From assembly GCF_000190435.1 (NCBI RefSeq), contig NC_015152.1, positions 230,458 through 254,457 of the forward strand: DNA of 24,000 bases. Direction: 5' to 3'. This DNA comes from Sphaerochaeta globosa str. Buddy (lineage in GTDB: Bacteria; Spirochaetota; Spirochaetia; Sphaerochaetales; Sphaerochaetaceae). Below the pieces are notes generated by a model that saw only the letters and a list, made by a program, of their open reading frames with translations, made no database searches and had not been told where the DNA came from. The position numbers were made by a program, and so were the translations under genes. Positions 1 to 9,134 of the stretch are shown in pieces (position 1 is the stretch's first letter; every line of letters begins with the position of its first letter).

Positions 1-14
1 TCATGCTCTTTCTC

Positions 15-938
15 CTACAAAATCGGTTCGTCGAGGAACCGGGCGCTGAGCTTGTTGGTGGAAAGCACCAACGTCAAGCTTACAATCGAAGTGAACATAC
101 CCACGGCAATCGAGTACCCCAGGTCTCCTGCAAGCACCCCTTCTCGGAATACGTACGTCTGCAGTACATCGGCCACATCGTAGACGGCTGCATTGTACAT
201 GACCAGGACCTGTTCGAAGATCAACAGCACGTGGCTGAGATTAAGCAGCAGCATGGTTACGATGGTACTGCGGATACCGGGCAGTGTGACATGCAACATC
301 TGTCCCCAATGGCCGGCCCCGTCGATGGTTGCAGCCTCGTAGAGCTCGGGCTGCACCGTCGTCAGGCTCGCCACATAAATGACCGCCCCGTAGCCCATTT
401 GCCGCCAGATATAGGAACTGACCAGAACCGGGCGGAAGAATTTCGCACTTGCCATGAAGTAGACCGGCTCCCCTCCGAACTTGGTGATGATATTGTTTAC
501 CAAACCGGTGGAAGGGGAGAGCAGATTGACGAAAATGCTTCCTACCACAACCCAGCTGAAAAAGTAGGGAATGTAGATGAGGAACTGGATGAACCGCTTG
601 GACTTCACACTCTTCAACTCGTTGATCATCAGGGCAACGATGAGGGGTGCGGGGAAGTAGAACACAATGTTTGCCAGGCTTATCACCAAGGTATTGCGGA
701 ATGCATTCCAAAAGATTGTCGAAGACAAGAGGCGCTGGAAGTTCTCCAGCCCCACGAACGAGACCTTTGAGCGGAATCCATAGTCGGTGAACCCGAGGGA
801 CAGTCCCAAAAGGGGCAGGTATCTGAACAACAGGTACCAGACCAAGCCCGGCAGGAGCATCAGAAGCAAAAACTTCTGGCTCTTCAACCGTGTCCAAAGC
901 GGTGGTTTTGTACGAATAACGAGTGGTTTGTCTGCCAT
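15..938 (-). CDS. ABC sugar/polysaccharide transporter permease (LplB/MalF-type inner-membrane component)
   Basis: The ORF 15..968 is a multi-TM protein with the EAA-loop-like segment 'YEAATIDGAGHWGQMLHVTLPGIRST' typical of binding-protein-dependent permeases. I moved the start to the ATG at 938 (MADKPLV) because AAGGAG lies 7 nt upstream. On the minus strand, GGAGAAAGAGCATG at 14..2 looks like the SD and start of a further permease gene running off the window. Confidence 0.85.
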   Translation of the reverse strand: MADKPLVIRTKPPLWTRLKSQKFLLLMLLPGLVWYLLFRYLPLLGLSLGFTDYGFRSKVSFVGLENFQRLLSSTIFWNAFRNTLVISLANIVFYFPAPLIVALMINELKSVKSKRFIQFLIYIPYFFSWVVVGSIFVNLLSPSTGLVNNIITKFGGEPVYFMASAKFFRPVLVSSYIWRQMGYGAVIYVASLTTVQPELYEAATIDGAGHWGQMLHVTLPGIRSTIVTMLLLNLSHVLLIFEQVLVMYNAAVYDVADVLQTYVFREGVLAGDLGYSIAVGMFTSIVSLTLVLSTNKLSARFLDEPIL

Positions 939-952
939 CGCATGACTCCTTC

Positions 953-3049
953 TTAACGAATACAACATAGTGTTGCTGGTTTGTCTGCACCAAGCATCCT
1001 GCTTCGTGCATCCATTTGGCTCGACCCTGCATACAGGGTATATCCCCCACGTACAGCATATCGGTTTCCATCCTCTTGGACAGCGGTGAACTGTTTTTCC
1101 TCGAGGATGAACGTAATCTGAGTTTCCTCACCTGCTTTCAGATGCACACTTTTCATGCCGCACAGCACAGGATGGGGTGGAAGGTCCTTCCCTTCCATGG
1201 CAAGGTACAGCTGCACCACCGTCCTTGCATCGAGTGCTGAAGTATTGCGTACCAAGACAGTTGCTGCAACCCCGTTTTGCTCAGTCTCCTGTGCTGCCGA
1301 CAGGCAGAAGGAGAAGGATGCATAGCTAAGGCCGAAGCCGAAGGGGTAGAGCACATCTGGATCATCGCAGTAGCGGTAGGTCCTTCGTATAAGCGAGTAA
1401 TCGGTGAAGGGGGGAAGCTTTGCCTCGGCCTTGTAAAAGGTTACCGGCAGCTTTCCCGATGGGCACAAAGCGCCATACAACAGGTGAGCGATCGCCTTGC
1501 CTCCCTCTTGTCCGGGATACCACGCTTGGATGAGGGCCTTCACATTGGCATACTGCTCGATTTCAGGGTCGAGGCTTCCTCCGCTGAGCAGCACCACAAT
1601 AATGGGCTTACCGGTTTCGGCTACTGCCTTCAGCAACTTTCGCTGACACAAGGGGAGCCGTAAGTCGTCCTTGTCACCCGCCCAACCTCCGTTGCCGTCG
1701 TCGTGCATCTCGCCTTCCACTGTCTCGTTCAGCCCCAGGCACAGCACCACTACATCACTGGCTTTGGCCATGAAAACAGCCTCGCTGAGTCGGTCGTCAT
1801 CTTTGGCAAGCCGCTCCACCTTGTTCTTTGTCAGATTCGATCCTTCACTGTAGAGAATTCTGGTAGAAGAACCGACATAGTCCCTCAGGCCTTCCAGAAT
1901 GGTCACATACCGGCTGGAAGTTCCGTGGTAGTTACCCCACAATGCCTGGCGGCTGTCGGCATTCGGTCCGATGACTGCAAGACAGGAAACAGCCTCCTTC
2001 TTCAGCGGAAGCAGAGCATCATTCTTCAACAGCACCAATGAGCGGCACGATGCCTCAAAGGCAAGAGCAGCATGCTCATCACTATCCAGACTCTCAAGGC
2101 CAAGCGTGTCATAGGCCGTGCCTTGGTCGAACTGCCCAAGCTTGAAACGGGTGGTCATCACCCGAATTGCTGCTTTTTTAATCTGCTCTCGGGTGATAAG
2201 GCCCTTCTGGAAGGCTTTCTCCAGGGACTGGTATTCACAGCCGCAGGCAAGGTCGCAGCCGCGCTTCAACGCTAGAGCTGCTGACTCCTCTTCGTTTTTG
2301 GTAACCTTGTGATTGAGGTGGAAGTCGCGGATCGCCCAGCAGTCGGAGATGTACATCCCCTCAAAGCCCCATCGGAGGCGAAGCGTTTCTTCCATCAAAA
2401 AGGAGCTTGCACAGCAAGGCTCATCGTTTAATGCACTGTAAGCGCCCATTACTGCATCGGCCTTTGCTTCCTTCACTGCAGATGCAAAGGCGGGAAGGTA
2501 TGTCTCCTCCAAATCCTTCTTGCCCACCACCGCATTAAAGCCGTGGCGCAAGGGTTCCGGCCCGCTGTGGGCGGCAAAGTGCTTTACGCAGGATGCTGTC
2601 TTGAGTACCGGGCCTTCACCCTGCAAACCTCTGATGAAAGCCACAGCAAGGCGGGCTGTCAAATAGGGGTCCTCGCCGAAGGTCTCCTGGCCGCGTCCCC
2701 AGCGGGGGTCGCGGAATATGTTCACATTCGGAGACCAGACGGTCAGGCCCTTGTAGATGTCACGGTCGTTCTCATGGGTAAAGAGGTTGTATTTTGCCCT
2801 TTGCTCGGTCGAGACGACAGAGGCAACAGCATACAGAAAATCGGGGTCGAAGAGGGAGGCAAGGCCGATGGCTTGGGGGAAGACGGTGGCGGTACCGCTT
2901 CTTGCAGAGCCATGCAGGCCCTCGTTCCACCAGTTGTAGGCAGGAATACCCAAGCTTTCGATGGCAGGAGCGTCATGGCGCAACTGGCTCATCATCTGAG
3001 GCAGGTTCATGCGCTCTACCAGCTCTTGTGCTCTCTGTCGTGCAGTCAT
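953..3049 (-). CDS. Glycoside hydrolase family 3 beta-glucosidase/beta-xylosidase
   Basis: The 698-aa ORF carries GH3 hallmarks: 'YNWWNEGLHG', 'KHFAAHSGPE', 'YISDCWAI' (the SDW-type nucleophile Asp context) and a C-terminal Fn3-like region ('VVQLYL'). It has no signal peptide, so it is probably cytoplasmic. Substrate (glucoside or xyloside) cannot be decided by eye. Confidence 0.9.
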   Translation of the reverse strand: MTARQRAQELVERMNLPQMMSQLRHDAPAIESLGIPAYNWWNEGLHGSARSGTATVFPQAIGLASLFDPDFLYAVASVVSTEQRAKYNLFTHENDRDIYKGLTVWSPNVNIFRDPRWGRGQETFGEDPYLTARLAVAFIRGLQGEGPVLKTASCVKHFAAHSGPEPLRHGFNAVVGKKDLEETYLPAFASAVKEAKADAVMGAYSALNDEPCCASSFLMEETLRLRWGFEGMYISDCWAIRDFHLNHKVTKNEEESAALALKRGCDLACGCEYQSLEKAFQKGLITREQIKKAAIRVMTTRFKLGQFDQGTAYDTLGLESLDSDEHAALAFEASCRSLVLLKNDALLPLKKEAVSCLAVIGPNADSRQALWGNYHGTSSRYVTILEGLRDYVGSSTRILYSEGSNLTKNKVERLAKDDDRLSEAVFMAKASDVVVLCLGLNETVEGEMHDDGNGGWAGDKDDLRLPLCQRKLLKAVAETGKPIIVVLLSGGSLDPEIEQYANVKALIQAWYPGQEGGKAIAHLLYGALCPSGKLPVTFYKAEAKLPPFTDYSLIRRTYRYCDDPDVLYPFGFGLSYASFSFCLSAAQETEQNGVAATVLVRNTSALDARTVVQLYLAMEGKDLPPHPVLCGMKSVHLKAGEETQITFILEEKQFTAVQEDGNRYAVRGGYTLYAGSSQMDARSRMLGADKPATLCCIR

Positions 3050-3077
3050 ACAGTCCTCTTCACACCCAATCTAAAGA

Positions 3078-3109
3078 ATCGGTTTCCAGGAGGAGACCCG
3101 GAAACCGAT
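3078..3109 (-). terminator. Intercistronic stem-loop between the SBP and GH3 genes (possible attenuator or mRNA-stabilising hairpin)
   Basis: A perfect 10-bp inverted repeat, ATCGGTTTCC (3078-3087) and GGAAACCGAT (3100-3109), flanks a 12-nt loop. On the minus-strand transcript it is followed only by a weak TCTTT run, so it is not a strong intrinsic terminator. Confidence 0.4.
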
Positions 3110-3133
3110 AAACAGTCGTTGTTCGCGTTTCTC

Positions 3134-4612
3134 TTAGCGAGCTGCGTTCAGTTCCTCAAGAATCTTCGGTCCGTTGATCGATTTCCAGAAGTTCTCGTAC
3201 TCGGCCATACCCTGCTCGAGGGAAACAGTCCCGACGATGATCTTGGTGGCGATGGATTCACGGGTGCTCTTGATCGAGGGAGCAACGCGGTCGTAGGCTA
3301 CCGAAACACCAACGGGGACATCGGCGGCATGGTTCGGGCCGAGGTTGGCCGACATAGCCTTGATGTGCTCGATCTGCTTGGGCAGACCCTGCTGCAATGC
3401 CGGGGTGAGCGCAAAGGCCAGGTTGTTGATGTCGATGTCGATGAACGAGTCGCTGAGGTAGTTGAGCGTATACTTGTATCCGCTGTTGGCTGCCTTGGCG
3501 CTGGGCACGATAGCCTTGTTTGCATCCAAGGTATAGTGCATGCCCTCAAGCCCGATACCGAAGAATGCGGGGTAGACTTCGCTGTCGGTGACGATAGTTT
3601 CCAGCACCTTCACCGCCGCATCGGGGTTCTTGGTTTTGGCAGAGACAACGAAGGCGGTCTGGGTGGCTTCGTTGAGGCTTCCGCCATAGCCCTCGGGACC
3701 TACGATTTTGTAGATCAAGTGCATCTCGGTGTACTTTTTCGCCGCAGTGGTGTTCTGTACGTAGTTGATATAGTTGGTTACATAGTCAATGGAAGAAGCA
3801 GCCTGACCGGTATAGGTCTTCTCACGCATGCCGCTGTTCTCGGTGGTGATGAACTCCTGGTTCAACACACCATCGGCGTACAGCTGGCGCAGGTATGCGA
3901 GGGCGTTCTTCATCTGCTGGGTCTGGAACCCATCAACAAAAGCTCCGTCGTTCAGGTAGACACCGCCCCATGCTCCGAAGGAGTTGTAGAAGAACTGGAA
4001 GTTGTCGACCCACTTGGGGAAGTTGAAGGGAATGATACCCTTGCCGACGAATTTTGCCATCTCGGTGCGGAACTCTTCGGCGGTCGGGGTATTGGAAAGC
4101 TTGACACCATACTGTTCCATCAGGTCCTTACGGATGAAGATGGCCTTGCTCTTGGGGTAGTTGTAGGGAACAAAGTAAGTCTTGCCGTCGATCTGCAGGT
4201 CCTTGAACAGGTTGGGATCGAGCTTGGAAAGGGCGGGACTGTTCTTGATGTAGTCGGTCAAATCAAGAATCTGCTCACGGGCTACCATGGTCGGAATCTT
4301 GGTCATTGCCTGGGCTACGACGAACAAGTCAGGGATGTCGCCGCTGTTTACCAGGGTGGCAAGCTTGTCGGTGTAGGAAGCAAGCGGGGGGATGATGGGA
4401 TTGATTTTCGTCCCGGTCTTCGATTCGATCAGGGCGGTAATGGCTCCCTGAAGTTCCGGGTCGGTACTCAGACCGTAGGTGTTGTCGGCAGTAGCGAGCG
4501 TAAGGGTCGGGATTTCAGCAACGACACTCTCTTTCTGTCCTGCAGCCACAACGGCAGTCAGACACAGTAGCAGGGTTGCAAGGGTAAGCAGTAAACGCTT
4601 GGTGTTCAGCAT
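3134..4612 (-). CDS. Extracellular solute-binding protein of an ABC carbohydrate transporter (large LplA/LipO-like class)
   Basis: This is the ORF 3134..4639 with the start trimmed to the ATG at 4612 (MLNTKRLLL...), which has GGAGG about 7 nt upstream. It has an N-terminal hydrophobic signal sequence with a Cys (LLLCLTAVVAAGQ). The roughly 490-aa size and composition fit the family-1 SBPs that pair with LplB/LplC permeases. Confidence 0.85.
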   Translation of the reverse strand: MLNTKRLLLTLATLLLCLTAVVAAGQKESVVAEIPTLTLATADNTYGLSTDPELQGAITALIESKTGTKINPIIPPLASYTDKLATLVNSGDIPDLFVVAQAMTKIPTMVAREQILDLTDYIKNSPALSKLDPNLFKDLQIDGKTYFVPYNYPKSKAIFIRKDLMEQYGVKLSNTPTAEEFRTEMAKFVGKGIIPFNFPKWVDNFQFFYNSFGAWGGVYLNDGAFVDGFQTQQMKNALAYLRQLYADGVLNQEFITTENSGMREKTYTGQAASSIDYVTNYINYVQNTTAAKKYTEMHLIYKIVGPEGYGGSLNEATQTAFVVSAKTKNPDAAVKVLETIVTDSEVYPAFFGIGLEGMHYTLDANKAIVPSAKAANSGYKYTLNYLSDSFIDIDINNLAFALTPALQQGLPKQIEHIKAMSANLGPNHAADVPVGVSVAYDRVAPSIKSTRESIATKIIVGTVSLEQGMAEYENFWKSINGPKILEELNAAR

Positions 4613-4750
4613 GGGATTCCTCCTCTCAGGTTTGCTCACAATGAGCAGTTGTAGGTAGTATAGGGGTCCTTTTTTCTCCAGTCGTTAGCAGAAAGGGAGA
4701 AATAGTTATACTTTTTCGTAGATACGGTCTTGTTCTTCAAAGCAATTGTT

Positions 4751-4771
4751 TTATAGGATACTACCCTATAA
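4751..4771. promoter_or_regulatory. Perfect 7-7-7 palindrome in the divergent SBP/AraC promoter region (candidate operator)
   Basis: TTATAGG-ATACTAC-CCTATAA lies at 4751-4771, 32 nt upstream of the AraC start. A related element, GGTAGTATAGGG at 4654-4665, shares the GTAGTAT and TATAGG blocks in inverted orientation about 100 bp away, next to the SBP gene start. Confidence 0.35.
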
Positions 4772-4803
4772 AGCCCACCTCGACCAGAGCAAGGAGAACG
4801 AGT

Positions 4804-5640
4804 ATGTATGTGCGCATTACCTCATCGGGAAGGTTCTATTATAAAGAAGGGGAAGGCAAGAGCGAGCACCACCATCTGGACGACTACCAGATCCAACTCG
4901 TCTATGCCGGGACTGCGCGCAACTACTTCGACGGCCAGAGCTATGACCTGCAAAGCGGGGACATAGTCTTCTGCAGGAAAGGCCGCTACCACGCCTTCAG
5001 TGCAACCAGCAAGGAAGGGGCGAAAATGCTCGAAGTGAAGTTTACCTCGGCTGATGAGAGTGTTGAGGAAGTACTGGGGGGCATAGACACGAAGTTTCGT
5101 GACCGGGAGAACCAGCTGTATATGCTGCTCTCCCGCATTGTGCTGGAAGGTCAACGTAAACCCTTGCACTATCGCTCTATGTCCTCAGCCCTTTTAATGG
5201 AGTGCCTGCTCTCCATGAACCGCCTTTGCCTTGAACACTCCCTGCCCATCTATGAATCGAATCCGATCCACCAGCTGCGACGCTCCTCCCTAGCTACCAA
5301 AAGCGAAGTGCTGGACAGTGTCGATGCCTACATTGCATCCCATATCGGGGCTTCCTTCAGCCTCGCCCAAATGGCAGGCGAGTGCGGCTACAACCAGGAC
5401 TACCTCTATCGCGTCATTAAGAAGCAGACCGGTCTTTCTGCCATCAAGTACATAAACCTGGTGAAGTTTGAACGCTCGCTTTCGCTGATTCAGAACACCG
5501 AGCTTTCCCTCAGCGAGATCGGGTACAACCTGGGTTTTGAGAACCTACAGTACTTCTCGCGCTTCTTCAAACAGCATGGAGGCATCGCCCCTTCGGAGTA
5601 TATCGAGAAGGTGAGATACACTACTCGTACCGACTACTAA
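4804..5640 (+). CDS. AraC/XylS-family transcriptional regulator (cupin sensor domain plus C-terminal double HTH)
   Basis: The 278-aa ORF has an N-terminal cupin-like region ('GDIVFCRKGRYHAF'). The C-terminal AraC HTH signature reads 'FSLAQMAGECGYNQDYLYRVIKKQTG...SEIGYNLGFENLQYFSRFFKQHGGIAPSEY'. AAGGAG lies 9 nt upstream of the ATG. Confidence 0.9.
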   Translation: MYVRITSSGRFYYKEGEGKSEHHHLDDYQIQLVYAGTARNYFDGQSYDLQSGDIVFCRKGRYHAFSATSKEGAKMLEVKFTSADESVEEVLGGIDTKFRDRENQLYMLLSRIVLEGQRKPLHYRSMSSALLMECLLSMNRLCLEHSLPIYESNPIHQLRRSSLATKSEVLDSVDAYIASHIGASFSLAQMAGECGYNQDYLYRVIKKQTGLSAIKYINLVKFERSLSLIQNTELSLSEIGYNLGFENLQYFSRFFKQHGGIAPSEYIEKVRYTTRTDY

Positions 5641-5741
5641 TCTACGAAAAAGGATAACTTCTAGAGGCATTCTGCCAACGACAAACACGCTTTGAGGACG
5701 TATACTTTTGTGCAAACAGTGTATGAACAGGAGGTGTGGCT

Positions 5742-7031
5742 ATGGAAAAAAAGCGATATGCCCAAGTCGGGACCGGAGGACGGGCCCGTATGTTCTATGA
5801 AGCGATCGCCACACGGTATAAGGACAGCAGTGTTTTGGTGGCCTTTTGTGATATGAGCCAGGTACGGATGGACTTTTCCAATAAAACGTTGGTACAAAAG
5901 TGCAACCACAGCCCGGTTCCCACCTACAAACATACGGATTTCGACCGTATGATCGACGAGCAGAAGCCCGATGTAATCATTGTCACCACCGTCGACAGAA
6001 TCCACGACCAATACATCATCCGTGCCATGGAAAAAGGCTGTGATGTAATTTGCGAGAAACCCATCACCACCGACAGCCAGAAAGCCCAAGCAATTCTGGA
6101 TGCCCAGAAGCGCTCTGGGAAATCCATCCGGGTTACGTTCAACTATCGCTATGCACCCCACCATTCCAAGGTCCGCGAGCTCATCGCCAGCGGTGTTATC
6201 GGGGATGTATACTCGGTGCATTTCGAGTGGCTGCTCAATACCGAGCATGGAGCCGACTACTACCGCCGCTGGCACCGCAACAAAATCAACAGCGGAGGGT
6301 TGTTGGTCCATAAGTCAACCCATCACTTCGATCTGGTCAACTTCTGGTTGGGCACCCAGCCCAAAACCGTGTTTGCCTTCGGGGCGTTGAACTTCTATGG
6401 CCAGGCTGCCGCCCAGAAGCGGGGTGTTGAACAGTTCTATTATCGCTGCCACAACAGCGAAGCTGCCAAGGGCGACCCGTTTGCCATCGATATTGCAAGC
6501 AATCCCACCCTCAAAGGCCTCTATCTCGATGCAGAAGAGGAGAGCGGCTACATCCGTGACCGTTCAGTCTTCTCCGATGACATCAGCATCGAGGACACCA
6601 TGGCCGTACTGGTTAAGTATAAAAGCGGGGCATTGCTTTCCTACTCGCTGAACTCCTACCTGCCCTGGGAAGGGTTCAATGTGGCGATAAACGGCAGCAA
6701 AGGCCGCCTTGAGTATACGGCCCTCGAAAAGCCGTATATCAATGCAGGGGGCAAGCAGTGTGATGAGGGAGCCACCGTGTTCCACAAGGTGCGGGTCTGT
6801 CCTCTTCTCGATTCTCCCTATGAAGTTGAAGTCCAGACCAAGGAAGGCGGCCATGGCGGGGGCGACCCGACCATGCTCGACGACATTTTCCTGGACAACC
6901 CTCCCTTCGATCCGCTGAAGCGCAGTGCAGACCACACCGATGGACTGCGCTCGATTCTCACCGGCATTGCAGCCAATCAGAGTATTGCCAGCGGCCAGCC
7001 CGTTGATGTTGACACCCTCCTTCACTGGTAG
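5742..7031 (+). CDS. Gfo/Idh/MocA-family NAD(P)-dependent oxidoreductase (about 430-aa long form)
   Basis: The N-terminal Rossmann motif is 'YAQVGTGGRARMFY', and 'EKPI' and 'HKSTHHFD' segments are typical of the family. I set the start at the ATG at 5742 (CAGGAGG 7 nt upstream) rather than the GTG at 5736. Confidence 0.85.
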   Translation: MEKKRYAQVGTGGRARMFYEAIATRYKDSSVLVAFCDMSQVRMDFSNKTLVQKCNHSPVPTYKHTDFDRMIDEQKPDVIIVTTVDRIHDQYIIRAMEKGCDVICEKPITTDSQKAQAILDAQKRSGKSIRVTFNYRYAPHHSKVRELIASGVIGDVYSVHFEWLLNTEHGADYYRRWHRNKINSGGLLVHKSTHHFDLVNFWLGTQPKTVFAFGALNFYGQAAAQKRGVEQFYYRCHNSEAAKGDPFAIDIASNPTLKGLYLDAEEESGYIRDRSVFSDDISIEDTMAVLVKYKSGALLSYSLNSYLPWEGFNVAINGSKGRLEYTALEKPYINAGGKQCDEGATVFHKVRVCPLLDSPYEVEVQTKEGGHGGGDPTMLDDIFLDNPPFDPLKRSADHTDGLRSILTGIAANQSIASGQPVDVDTLLHW

Positions 7032-7048
7032 GGACAAGGAGCCTATTC

Positions 7049-9058
7049 GTGTACGATGTTACGCTTTTTTCAGAAGATTTCTCTTCTTTCCCCTTGGGAG
7101 CCTTCCCCTACGACAGTGATCACTCGGCCATGGGCGAGTACCACTACTTTCCCGAAGTCGGATACAAGGGGCAGTGGCATGACCCCATTGCGAACTACAA
7201 CTACAAGGGACCGTCCTGGGTGGTTACCAACCCCCTGATGGACGGATTCCATATGATGGAGCTCTCCCGCATTCAGGAACCGGTTGAGAAGGGTACGCTT
7301 CCCACGTTGGTAGCCGGTGATGAGAAGTGGCAGGACTACCAAGTCTCATTTCGCCTGCGCCCACTTTCAAAAGAACTTTTCAGTGGAGTGTTGGTGCGCT
7401 ATCAGAGCAGCCTCAGGCACTATGGGATTTTCTTTACCCAAGAGGGTCTTGAGGTGCAGAAAATCGACCTTACCCAGCGCACAACCCTCAAGAAGGCAGC
7501 GCTGAGTTGGTCGACCCAGGAGTACCAGAATCTTACCATCACCGTACAGGGCAACATGATCACCGTCAGCCTGAATGAAAAAGAAGTGCTCAGTGTTGAG
7601 GATGACCGCTACCAAAACGGTGCCATTGCACTATGCGGGTGCATGCCCACCCAGTATGCCAAGGTCGAAGTGAAGGCTACCGGGGCTGAACAGAACAGAC
7701 TTACTGAACAGAAAGCAAAAGAGCAACAGCGCATCCAAGAGAAGCGAACTCTCTATCCTCAGCTGAAAGTCGACAGGAAGATCGACCTGCAGAACTTCGG
7801 AGCCGGCCGACAGATTCGCTTCGGCCACCTTACCGGAACAAAGGAGCTCTTCTTTGTCATGGCGCAGAACCAGAGACGGGTCTACAAGGACCGCTATCCG
7901 GTTATCAGCTGCCTGACGGCAGTAAGCATCCAAACAGGTGCCGTGTTATGGCAGCTCGGAGAGCCCAGAGAGGATGCTGATGTGGTCCAGCTTACCACCG
8001 ATCTTCCCTTCCAAGTCTATGACATCGACAACGATGGCGTTGACGAAGTCATCGCCTCGTGGGACTTCAAGCTCTTCATTCTCGATGGCAGAACCGGGGA
8101 AGTGAAGAAGCAGATGAGCACCCCGATCAACGAGGAGCCCGCCAATGATTTGTGCGGGGTGGAGTTCGGCCACCATGCCTTCGAGCGCTTGAATGTGGAT
8201 GCGATCAGGATTGTGAATGTGACGGGAAAGAGCCGGCCCTCCGACCTGCTGATCAAGGACCGCTATGCACGATTGTGGATTTACGACGATCAGTTCAACC
8301 TGGTGTGGTCGTTCACCCATAACAATACCGGGCACTTCCCTTATGCCTATGACTTCAATGGTGATGGCAAGGACGAGATTTTCAGTTGCTATAATATGAT
8401 CGACTCTGATGGCAAGCTTGCCTGGGAGCTGCCGATATCCATCGACCACACCGATGAGATTGTCATCGGTCCGATAGATCCCGAGCATGCAGACCTTATT
8501 GCCATAGTATCCGGTTGGGAGGGCTTCATGCTCCTCAAGCCCGACGGGACTATGCTGAAGCGCACGATAAACGGCCACGGACAGCGAATCAGCGTAGGCA
8601 ACTACCTACCCCACAATACAGGCCTTGAGATCCTTACCACCACCTACTGGGGCAGCCAGGGAATCCTGTATATGCACAACTGCAAGGCTGAGGAACTCTG
8701 GTCCCGGGAGCTCAGGTGTAACGGTGCTGTCATCGCCCCGGTCAACTGGGATGGGTCGGGACAGGACTTGGTGCTGCTCAGTGCAAGCACAGAGCATGGC
8801 GGCCTGATGGATGGGCAAGGGGATAGGGTAGTTGCATTCCCCGACGACGGCCATCCCGAGCTTTGCTGCGAGGTTTTGGACATTACCGGGGATGAGCGTG
8901 ATGAGATCGTAGTCTGGGACCTGAAGAGCCTTTGGGTCTATACCCAGGACGCAGAACAGCCGAAGCGGGAAAGGACCTACCTCCCGATAAAGTACCCGCA
9001 CTACAATGCTTCCAACTACCGCGGCGAGTTCTGTTTCCCCAGGTGGATTGAAAGCTGA
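7049..9058 (+). CDS. Cytoplasmic two-domain protein: N-terminal concanavalin-A/LamG-like (DUF1080-like) domain plus C-terminal FG-GAP/PL11-like beta-propeller; function unknown
   Basis: The GTG start at 7049 has AAGGAG 7 nt upstream and lies 17 nt after the oxidoreductase stop, so the two genes are probably co-transcribed. The N-terminal roughly 210 aa show the DUF1080/LamG pattern ('KWQDYQVSFRLRP...GVLVRYQ...YQNLTITVQGNMITVSLNEKEV...NGAIAL'). The C-terminal part has repeated Ca-binding-like DxDxDG loops: 'DIDNDGVDEV' (about 8021-8050), 'DFNGDGKDEI' (about 8351-8380) and 'ITGDERDEIVVWD' (about 8882-8920). There is no signal peptide. Confidence 0.7.
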   Translation: MYDVTLFSEDFSSFPLGAFPYDSDHSAMGEYHYFPEVGYKGQWHDPIANYNYKGPSWVVTNPLMDGFHMMELSRIQEPVEKGTLPTLVAGDEKWQDYQVSFRLRPLSKELFSGVLVRYQSSLRHYGIFFTQEGLEVQKIDLTQRTTLKKAALSWSTQEYQNLTITVQGNMITVSLNEKEVLSVEDDRYQNGAIALCGCMPTQYAKVEVKATGAEQNRLTEQKAKEQQRIQEKRTLYPQLKVDRKIDLQNFGAGRQIRFGHLTGTKELFFVMAQNQRRVYKDRYPVISCLTAVSIQTGAVLWQLGEPREDADVVQLTTDLPFQVYDIDNDGVDEVIASWDFKLFILDGRTGEVKKQMSTPINEEPANDLCGVEFGHHAFERLNVDAIRIVNVTGKSRPSDLLIKDRYARLWIYDDQFNLVWSFTHNNTGHFPYAYDFNGDGKDEIFSCYNMIDSDGKLAWELPISIDHTDEIVIGPIDPEHADLIAIVSGWEGFMLLKPDGTMLKRTINGHGQRISVGNYLPHNTGLEILTTTYWGSQGILYMHNCKAEELWSRELRCNGAVIAPVNWDGSGQDLVLLSASTEHGGLMDGQGDRVVAFPDDGHPELCCEVLDITGDERDEIVVWDLKSLWVYTQDAEQPKRERTYLPIKYPHYNASNYRGEFCFPRWIES

Positions 9059-9081
9059 GGCTCTTGTCATGCAGCAAATCA

Positions 9082-9133
9082 GATAAGCTGTTATCTCCTT
9101 CAAGTATGATATAATCGTACTTAGAGGAGATAA
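9082..9133 (+). promoter_or_regulatory. abiEi promoter region with three AGATAA half-sites (candidate autoregulatory operator)
   Basis: AGATAA (9082-9087) and TTATCT (9092-9097) form an inverted repeat with a 4-nt spacer. TTATCTCC (9092-9099) is also the exact reverse complement of GGAGATAA (9126-9133), which overlaps the SD. A TATAAT hexamer lies between them, in 'GTATGATATAATCG'. Confidence 0.35.
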
Positions 9134-9134
9134 A

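Noticed and set aside
3-1131. ORFs 3..770 (+) and 241..1131 (-) overlapping the permease gene.
   Set aside because: One is antisense and the other is an alternative frame of the permease and the GH3 3' end. Their translations are Arg/His/Gly-rich with no domain signatures. The permease frame has clear TM segments and an EAA-loop motif.
2543-4570. A 675-aa ORF on the plus strand spanning the GH3 gene, the intergenic gap and the SBP gene.
   Set aside because: It is antisense to two well-supported minus-strand genes. Its G/V/L/D-rich, low-complexity translation has no recognisable motifs and no SD. Long stop-free shadow frames are expected opposite GC3-rich coding sequence.
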